A stretch of DNA of 64,000 bases from Octopus sinensis (Eukaryota): positions 89,218,001-89,282,000 of the forward strand of contig NC_043000.1 in the NCBI RefSeq assembly GCF_006345805.1. Direction: 5' to 3'. The notes under the pieces are model-generated. The model saw only the letters and a list, made by a program, of their open reading frames with translations, was not told the origin of the DNA and ran no database searches. A program made the position numbers and the translations under genes. The stretch's first letter is position 1, and each line of letters starts with the position of its first letter. This document shows positions 54,860 through 64,000 of this stretch, one piece after another.

Positions 54860-54990
54860 CTGGGACATGCATTGGTGTTGAAAGGTCGGGGATAGCAGTT
54901 GAAGGTAAGCATTGAAGCGTGTTGCAGCAATCATCGTCTACGTCACGAACAATTCGGCACCCTTTCGGAGGTCTTCCCATATATGGACAT
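54860..54990 (-). CDS. Exon: C-half of VWC-like module 1 plus Pro/Thr linker
   Basis: Acceptor tctaatttag, donor gtatct; 131 nt, phase 2 to 1; CPYMGRPPKGCRIVRDVDDDCCNTLQCLPSTAIPDLSTPMHVP (CCxxxxC end of VWC). Confidence 0.9.
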
Positions 54991-55498
54991 CTAAATTAGA
55001 AGCATAAAGACAAGCTGAAAACTACATTCCGTACAAATTTATCATATTTTTTTCAAATTACATTGTACTCGTTTTTCTTTGTTTTTAATAATTATAATCA
55101 TTTAAGATAATATATATTACTTAAAATGACACAATGCAGGAGGAGTTACACGATACTGTTCCCAAGCAACAGTGTGATTGATCGTTTGTAACCATACTGA
55201 TTCCACTATTTGGTTTTCACAATATATCTAGTTTCCATTTCTGTGCATGTATGTTTGAAGGCACGTGATCTAGCGGTTAGAGGTGTTACGCTCTCGATCG
55301 TGAAATTGTGGTTTCGATTCTCAAACCTGCTGCGTGTTGTGTTCTTGAACAAAACGCTTCATTTCACGGTGTTCCTTTCAGCTGTAAATGGGTAACCCTG
55401 GGATGCAAGCTAAGATGACGCGAAGTGCATTGTGACCAGTGACGTGCATTGTGATAAGCGATATCTAACAATTTCCAATGGGCTGATTTGTATGTATG

Positions 55499-55557
<59 letters not shown>

Positions 55558-55984
55558 CAGTTGCTGCCGAGAAATTGGTTGATCAGCGTCGTTTGACGAC
55601 AAGAATTCAGTTGTTTTATCAAGTGAATTATCTGCTTCACAATTAACCTGTACGTGACTGAGATTTTCGCAGACACAAGTACCTTCAACTTAATTCTCAG
55701 GCAAACTCAATAAAATCCAATGTACGACAAGGCTGTACCTTTTGAATTACAGATAGAATTCACCCGAAGGGTGTTATATATAATTGATCAACTATAGCAT
55801 ATGCAAGTAGTTTTAGAAAAACTGCAGTAGATATTACAAGTATTAGAATCACTGTAACTTATATATTAGAGGAGATGAAGAGAATCAGTGGAATATCATA
55901 TATATATATGAGAAAATGTAGTATATATATAAATTAAAAAAGGAAAATGCACATACTTTACATAGTTTTAACATACTTTTAACA

Positions 55985-56790
55985 TTATTTTATATTGCGT
56001 TTGTCGACCGGTTTCGTTTTCCCTAATCACAAGCCCAAACTGTGGAACATGCCCCAATCTACTTGAATGTTCGAATTTCGTTTTCATACATGGAGAGAGG
56101 TTCACAATTAAAACCAACTTTACTTGTGTTTCTGAGAATATAATTTATGTTACAAACTGCTTGTGTTGTGGATATCACTATATAGGACAGACGTGTATGA
56201 CATGAAGATGGAGAACCACTCTACATAAAGAGCAGATCCGGTTCCCGCAATGCAGACAGATTCCTTTAAGTGAACGTATAGAGAAATGTGCAGGTAACAT
56301 CAAACCAAATTTCACAGTTTTCCCCTTCTGCCAGTGCAAATACACAATTTCTATACAAGAACGTTTCAATAAAGAAAATTTATTCATCGAAAAATACAAA
56401 ACACCTCCAAATATGCACGCATAACTAACTTTGATCTTTATGTATATTTTAATTCACGATTACGTACCCATCATTAAATTTTTGTGTATATGTGTTGCAC
56501 CCCCCACCACCGAAAGATGAACAATTAACTCTCCATAATAATAACGATCACTAATTACCGCCCCTTAGTTTTTTCTACTTGTTGAATCATTCATTCATAA
56601 ACTCTACACATAACATAGACAAACAAATCTTTTCTTAAGAAAATCGTAAGCACACTCTGTGGAGTAGTAGAGTAATTACTCCCAATAGAAGAGGTTATAG
56701 GTTACCGGCCATTAAGGTCTGAAAAAATGCCGTAAAGTTAAACGCTGTATGGACGTGAAACCCAGAGTAACCCCATAGACTGACCATAAC
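55985..56790 (+). mobile_element. Penelope-like GIY-YIG fragment with degenerate hammerhead relics
   Basis: CGTCPNLLE..FTIKTNFTCVSENIIYV..C.CCGYHYIGQT; same family as 18760-20000; half motif GAAACCGGTC (minus, about 56005-56015) and GGT-CTGAAAA...GAAACCCAGAGTA-ACC (56716-56772). Confidence 0.8.
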
Positions 56791-57057
56791 TATCTTTCAA
56801 TATATATATATATATATATATGATTATTATTATTATACCACTTATGTTTATATGTAATCTTCTCAACCACTATTACTGTTTAACACACCATTACTTTTCG
56901 TCTATATTTACTCCCTGTTGAACAGTTAGCAACTGAAACTTTTAGTGTTTCGCATACTTTTTGGGCGTTAAACTAATACATCATTTATTAAAACATGTCT
57001 CTGCAGTGTTTTCTTTTTGGTTTTGTTATTGCTCATTGCTTCCACAATAGTTATTTA

Positions 57058-57128
<71 letters not shown>

Positions 57129-57916
57129 TAGAAGAGATATAGTAGATTTTTATGTAATCCTTTCTTCTATAGGCACAAGTCCTGAAATTTCAAGGAAAGC
57201 AGTAAGTCGATTACATCGACTCCAGTGTTCAACTGGTACTTATTATTTTTATCGACTCTGAGGAAATGTCGGCATATTTAGAACTCAGAACGTAAAGACG
57301 GGCGAAGTGCCGCTAAGCATTTGGCCCGGCGTCATAACGGTTCTGCCAGTTCGCCTCCTTAGTAGATGTTTTAAGCATTGGTTTCAAATTTTGGCACAGG
57401 GCCTACAAGTTCAGGGAAGTAAGTAAGTCGATTACATCGACCCCAGTGTCTAACTGGTATATATTTTACGAAGCAACGTACACCAATCTATTGCAGAATA
57501 ACTTTTGCTTAATTTTTTTAGTTACATAAAATGCAATCCCAAATTCAGCCCACATTTACATTAATCTGTGCGTGTCTCCACTAAGCTCTGCATAAATCAA
57601 CACAAATCTCAAAGCACAGGATAATGAGATATATTATTCAAAATATTTCGACACTAGCCAAACAGAAGTAATAAACAAAGAAATGTTATTGTGGAAGTTG
57701 AAAATTTAATTTAGATTTACTTAATAAACCAAAATTTCGGAATATAGAAATATATATGCAATCTTAGATGTGTACATTTTCTTCATTTGATTTTTTTTTT
57801 TGGCTTTTCAAATATGAGAGACAATAATATTATTTAACTATTTTGTAAATATGTCTAAATTTAGCAATGTTTCAAAATTTAATTATCATAGAATATTATT
57901 ATAATATAAAATTTAC

Positions 57917-58034
57917 CTCCTTTCGCAAATATAGGCACCACTCTCTTCATTAGTGCAAACACAAGAATAATCACAACCATCTAACCAGGTTTCGCCTTTT
58001 TTGTATTTCTTGCCGTTAGTATAAACACAACCAC
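57917..58034 (-). CDS. Exon (first found in window) of VWC/ShKT multi-domain Cys-rich protein: N-half of VWC-like module 1
   Basis: Acceptor tttcag, donor gtaaat; 118 nt, phase 1 to 2; translates GCVYTNGKKYKKGETWLDGCDYSCVCTNEESGAYICER(R), matching the VWC pattern CxYxGxxYxxGxxWxDGCxxCxC. Confidence 0.9.
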
Positions 58035-58125
58035 CTGAAATACACAACAATTGCATATTGCTATTAGTATTAAAAAGAAGAAAAGCAATTATATCTCACA
58101 AGCTAAATAACAGTTGAGAATTAAT

Positions 58126-58163
<38 letters not shown>

Positions 58164-58735
58164 TCTTAATTTAGGAAGAACAGCGTAGACAAATATTTTG
58201 AAGCCTATTTACCATTAAGATATATGTGGTCGAAGATGAAGATCATTGTGGAAAGTTATTTACTTACAGACTTCGACAACTTATTTTGAGAATATAGGTA
58301 AGTCTGCGAATATGCAATTCTGCTTTAGTAATAATAAACTACCGATTAATAAGCATTTCCAAAATATATTAGCTTTAGACAATCTTTTATATATAGAAAC
58401 TTATGTATGTAAATACGTGTACGTGATTGACAATATATATATATACATACATATACATATATATATTAACGAGATACATCTTGTAATCAAAGGAAGAAGC
58501 ACATCTACACCGACGGATACTCCTAAACCAGTGTTCAGTATCCCCACCTGTGAGAGATCTATGCTAAATGGATCGAAACAAGTGTAGTAATGAATAAACA
58601 TTCTCGCATCTTCCATTTTCCGTCTCTTTCATTAATCAAATACCCAAAGAACACTAAATGTGAACGTGCTTTACCGGTAAGCCACGAGGTGTATACCATA
58701 CTATTTATTTTCTAATAATAATAATAATAATATGT

Positions 58736-59217
58736 ACAGAGTGGGTCTAAAGTAACCAAGCATTAGAAATTGCTTATAGAATTTTTAGTATCACTGAAGG
58801 CATGACGAAATTATTTTTAGACAGACAACACTTATGGGGATGTTTAATTTTCTTATTGTCTTATTTCTTATTTTCCAGATGGTCTGCCGCTTTACTATTC
58901 AGAAGTGAGCTAAGATAGCAGCATGCTATGAAGTGTGGAATTCCATTGTTTTGATTCAGAGGCGGTGGCGTACAAGGAAAGCTAAGCATGCAAAACTAGG
59001 TCCGGAGACAATAATAAGTTGTCATGCAAAGCTGATGGGAATGGGCTCTGTGAACGATGCAAGAAGTGGCCGTCCAACCACATCACGATCAGCGGAGAAC
59101 ATGGCAACAGTGTAGGAAATGTTTAATAGCAGCCCGCAAAAACCAATGCGTCAGGCAGCTCGTGAAAGTGAATTAACAAAACACACAATACGTACGGTGT
59201 GGCATAAAGAATTACGT
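58736..59217 (+). mobile_element. Tc1/mariner-superfamily 5' fragment (HTH region)
   Basis: TA-CAGAGTGGGTCTAAAGT terminus; ..SIVLIQRRWR...GSVNDARSGRPTTSRSAEN...SPQKPMRQA transposase N-terminus. Confidence 0.7.
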
Positions 59218-60330
59218 GCAGGTGCTAAACCTGTATTTTTATGAAAATAACATAAAGTTAAATAATCAATTTAATAATTTCATTCAATAAAACTACCATA
59301 AGCATCAATAACTGCCTCTACGCGGGGTCGAAATTGTTTACGAGCTCGGATTAAATGGTCCTTGTCCATACCGCACATAACTCGAACTATAGCGGCTTTC
59401 AAAACATTTCGGTGCTATGGGAGTATTCATTGAAATTTTTCTTAACGATGCTTCATGCATAGTCCAGCGAATTGAGATCTGGAGAATTAGGAGGCCAAAT
59501 GTAGGGGGTGGTGTGATCATGCAAATTGTTGGCCATCCGTTCTTGTGTCATTTGAGCCTTGTATGATGGTGCAGAATCTTGTTGAAAGACAGAAGGCCTT
59601 CCATTGCATACTCTGTTGATCGAAAGATTAACAACTTTATCCAGAACCTCAATATACGCAGCAGTATTCGTCCTGAGGCCTTGTTGAAAAAAGTGAGGAG
59701 GCTTCACATGTCCTTCATTCCTAACAACACCCAAAACTATGATACTTGCAGGAAATTTTCTGTGCATTACTTTTGGAACATCACAAGGGTCTGCACATAC
59801 CCCTCTGTCATTCCTTCTGTTAGTTTTCTGATCCTGGTCAAAGGTTTTCTAATCTGAGAAAACCTAAATCCCACCATCTTCTGATGAAGTTTTAACTTTG
59901 TTCAAAAGTTTCTTTCGATCTGATTAAACGGTCTTTTGTTTTTTATTGACATCGCGTAGGATTTGTATCTGATGTCTTCGTGCACATTTCTGATTGTTTT
60001 TTTCTCACAAGCGAAATCTTTTTACAATTGACCTCATTGATATTCCTGGATGGTCTTCGATTGTCTTGCTTAACTTCTTGAATAAATTCAGGTGTTCCGA
60101 TAGAATCAGAGCGTTTGGAATATTTTGCACGTTTGATACAGGTAATACACTTCCATCTTCTTTCACTAACTCACGCCGAATCTTGTGTACAGGAGACCAA
60201 GCAACTTTCAGAAAACGAGAAATTTCTAAATTACCAGGCTTATCCTACAAAGCCTCAATCACAGCATGCTTTTTCATTTCGTTACTAAGTATAGGGTCTG
60301 TCATTGTTATTTTCTGAAATAGAGGTTCAA
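59218..60330 (-). mobile_element. DD37D (maT-like) transposon relic, second subfamily
   Basis: ORF 59453..59767: VFQQDSAPS...IWPPNSPDLNSLDY, with 37 residues between the D of QQD and the D of LDY; C-terminal RVEAVIDAYGSFIE*. Confidence 0.88.
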
Positions 60331-60637
60331 TAAAAGTTAGTCAAATAATATTTTCTACTATAGGTACAAGGCCTGACATTGTGGGCGACGGGATGAGTCG
60401 ATTGCATCGACCCCAGTGTGTAACTGGCACTTAATTTTTCGCCCCCCCCCCCCGAAAGAATGAAAGGTAAAGTCGACCTCGGCGGAATTTGAACTCTGAA
60501 CATAACGACGGGCGAAATACTGCGAAGCATTTTGCCCAGCGTGGTAACGATTCTGCCAGCTTGCCGCCGCCTTGAAATAATATAATGACTAAAAATACAT
60601 GCTTCCTCAAATACTGTCCACACGCAATGTATATATG

Positions 60638-60735
<98 letters not shown>

Positions 60736-61349
60736 GTGTGTGTGTGTGTGTGTATGTATGCATATATGCATCCCTGCTTTCAGTTTCAGAGCCAATATTC
60801 TAGATATCCTCTGAAATATCTTTATTTACCTTATTTGTACCGTTCTTCTGTAATTTCAGAGAGCGGATGCTAAAGGTTAAATATCATGTAAATTCATCAT
60901 ATACGACAGTTGTTTCGGACATGGCTCAATTTATGGTAATTATGATAGATAACATTAGAAGCAGTATCAGTACCAGCACCAGCACCACCAGCACCACCAG
61001 CGACAGCAGTACGAAAAGGATATGTTGAAATACATTATTGCACATAGAAAACGGAGATTTAAGGTCGATATATTATCGCCATACCTAAGTGAATTTAAGA
61101 GAGTTGACTTTGTTGCAAGAAATCGGAATAAACCTACAGTTTGAAAATATACAGTTCGTTGACACACTACTTCACATCCTCTCTATTCCTATTATAGTGT
61201 CGCTACATAGTCATGTGGAACTGAACTCGGAATCGTGTGGTTGGGAAGCAAACTTCTTACCACGCAGTCACGCTCGTGCCTGTTTGCTAACTATATAAAA
61301 GTGATAGACGTAGTAGAGTCTAAGCGTGAGGGCATGAGTAGTTCTTTCT

Positions 61350-62400
61350 ATTTTCTTCATTTTATCGTTAGTTTTTGTTAGGCAAAAAGTATGAGCAGGG
61401 CGTACATTCCAGAGGGATGAAGCTGTGGGCGTAGCTGTTACTGCGAATATGAGAAGCAGAGAGGAAAAGAAATGAGTAAACCAGGAGTACCTTAGGGGGT
61501 GCTGGCAGGATATCAACCAGATCCTGGAAACCAGACGCATTTGTAGCATCAATGATAAAAGCACAGATTGGGGACAGCGTATCTGAAGGTCGCAGATTGA
61601 GAATGTGTATGGTTTTATATAACAATAACAGACATCATATCCGTGACCAGAGACTAGTGTCTCTGTGTGAATTTATATAAATCAGTCAATGAAAATATCT
61701 TTGAATATATTCTAGACGTCCGTCGCGTCTTTGATGCGAGTAACTTTGTCAATATCACAGTTGTGTGAGCAGTAGTCTCTTTGTAAAGGATAAGAAACTG
61801 TGGGTGGGTGAGGATGGAAGTAAGGCATTTTCTGAATCTGAAGTGTTAGACTAGTTTTGGAATTGGAATCTTTGCTACGTTGAGCATTTGTTTTCGCCAG
61901 AAGAAATCTACAGTTGTAGTGGAAATTCAACAAGTATTCATGGCGATTTTAGTCCCATTGTTTACGCATATCAGTACAGTGTGATAATGTTTTCTAAATG
62001 CATACAGTGATATTTGCTGCAGAAGGAGACAAGATTGGCATAGTCCCCATTGTAAGATGTTTTCTATTTACTGATAAGGAGTCAACTAGATTTTAGTGAG
62101 ATGTGGTGAATAGATCAGGTTTTGGATGTGGAAAGTTTGGGTGAAATAAATGGTGATATAATCTCCGTAGGAGCGGGTATTGTTGGAAGTGAAAGTAAGT
62201 AGGAATTTGCTCATAGCAAGAAGAATTACTATACACTCATCACATCTTACAGCCATACCAAAATATTTTTTAATAAATCTAGAAGATTTTCTTTCACCAC
62301 ACACTTATCCAAAAGCTTCAGACAAACATTGGTCATAACCATCATTACATACTGACAAGTAAACCGAATCATTTATCCTTCTCTAAAACAAATTATGTAA
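61350..62400 (-). mobile_element. Highly decayed LINE (RT and 3' end)
   Basis: LSEAFG*V (for LSKAFDKV), LLTFTSNNTRSYGDYITIY (for YADD region), and SYAHSFIP/LWN near the 3' end. Confidence 0.6.
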
Positions 62401-62524
62401 CCAAGATTTCTAACTTCTATCCTCAAAATGCTCTACATTTCAAGATCTTTTCGAAAGGAGCCCTCTTCGTTTCCACAGAAGTCCATGTCCCTAACACTCA
62501 ATGTTCTGATTTAGACATTAGTGT

Positions 62525-62622
62525 TAAAGGCTACTGGTTATTGTGGTTTTGTGGTTGAAATTATCTCTTCTCTAAAGGCTACTGGTCATTGTGGTTTTGT
62601 GGTTGAAATTATCTCTTCTCTA
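62525..62622. repeat. 49-bp tandem duplication
   Basis: taaaggctactggt(t/c)attgtggttttgtggttgaaattatctcttctc twice. Confidence 0.9.
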
Positions 62623-64000
62623 TTCTCAAAATAGCCATCACTGCCTCTCTCTGAATTTTCTTACACACAACCTGCATTATAATTTGCTTTTCTCCCCAAG
62701 TTGTCCTCCTAAGTGACTTCAAATCACAATTTTTCTTGTCTCTATCTCATTATTTTCTCATCAGTATCGCAGATAAATCATTTCGTTTTGTGATCTGTCT
62801 TAGCGTTATCCCTGACTGACAGTGTTTTTCTTCAAATACACTGAACCATTTTTTTCGACCCTATATTAACATTTAGGTAACAGTCAAAATTTCTGACTTC
62901 TCTCGGTAATTTATATGATTACCGCCTAGCCTTTCCACTTCATCCTACTCTCGTCATTATGCCTCTACTTCTGGTATCCATACAGCAAATGTTCATCTTA
63001 CACATATCCACAGTAACTAACCAGATGATCATCAACTTAGGTACATACTTCCACATCATACAATCATAGTTCACAACCATGTCTTGAAGTCACGTTGAAC
63101 ATTACAGTACGTGATACAAAAAGTACAGAGTAGTCGTGGTTCGAATGCATTTGGTGATAGTTCTGCTCAATCACAGATGTTCTATAGAGGAGGGAACAGC
63201 AGCAAAAACATTAACAGTTATATATATTCATTTTCTACGTATATAGTGTCTACTTTATACTGCATGTATAGTCTTCATATGGTGTTGAGCTATGCTTCAT
63301 TAAGGGCAGTAGTTACAGCCAAGGAATATTCCTAGAAAGGGAATGATGTTTCTAAGATCACATTGCTATGAACTGTAGTCTAAGGTCACAATGTAATGCC
63401 CGTGTAGAGATACGAACCGTTGATTTCACAGATTGCAAACTGACATTGTCACAAGTGTGCTAGTAGCTTCTTCTTCTTCTTCTTCTTCTTCTTCTTCCAA
63501 TCAGGACTCCCGCCATTAGCCACAAAGAACAATCTTTAATTCGAGCCTACTCTAAGCTACTAAAAATGCTTGTGGCAACTTGAAGATTCACCCACCACAC
63601 GCGATAGACTGGTGGTTGCACGGGCGCGAAAGCTACGTTGTTATCCTTATTCCGTAAACGGTGGCTTTTAACGGGTGGAGAGCTGAACCATCCTGGGGTA
63701 CAGAGGATTCGCAATCTAGACTAGGGTGTGAAAGTTTACCACACCATAGTGGGTTACACCATGGTTCCTCTGCTTTGTGGCAGAAGTAGGAAGAAAGAGT
63801 GTGGTGAAAGAGTACAGCGGGGTTCACCACCACCCTCCGCCGGAGCGTCGTGGACCGGAGGTGTTTTTATTCAATAAACATTCACAATGTCCGGTCTGGG
63901 AATTGAAACTGCGTTTTTACGACTGCGAGTCCGCTGCCGTAACTACTGGACCATTGCGCCTCCACGCTAGTAGCTAGCTGTCCTCAGTGTTGTCATTATT

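Noticed and set aside
58401-58616. Possible extra exon upstream of 58034 (ctctcacag acceptor; STSTPTDTPKP on + strand)
   Set aside because: No frame gives the expected VWC C-half or a convincing phase-1 donor; the Thr/Pro-rich reading is on the wrong strand.

Overview
AT-rich eukaryotic genomic DNA full of (TA)n/(CA)n/(GATA)n/(CATA)n microsatellites and decayed transposons; the SINE and microsatellite landscape suggests an octopod cephalopod (inference). Nearly all entries in the ORF track are microsatellite or transposon noise. Reading splice sites by hand recovers the 3' part of one minus-strand gene: 9 phase-compatible GT-AG exons from 58034 to 17973, about 346 aa. It encodes three 10-Cys VWC-like modules followed by two 6-Cys ShKT-like modules; the 5' end is not found in the window. 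Introns and flanks hold mariner, DD37D and DD36E Tc1/mariner relics, MITEs, Helitron pieces, LINE relics, three tRNA-derived SINE families and several Penelope-like elements. The most notable non-coding signal is a set of minimal type-I hammerhead ribozyme motifs (CTGANGA-stem II-GAAA-palindromic stem III-NUH). They include a repeated unit with a tRNA-like Pol III head just upstream of the hammerhead, a retrozyme-like tandem repeat, and a hammerhead inside a fold-back element. There is also a perfect hairpin with 107-bp arms.
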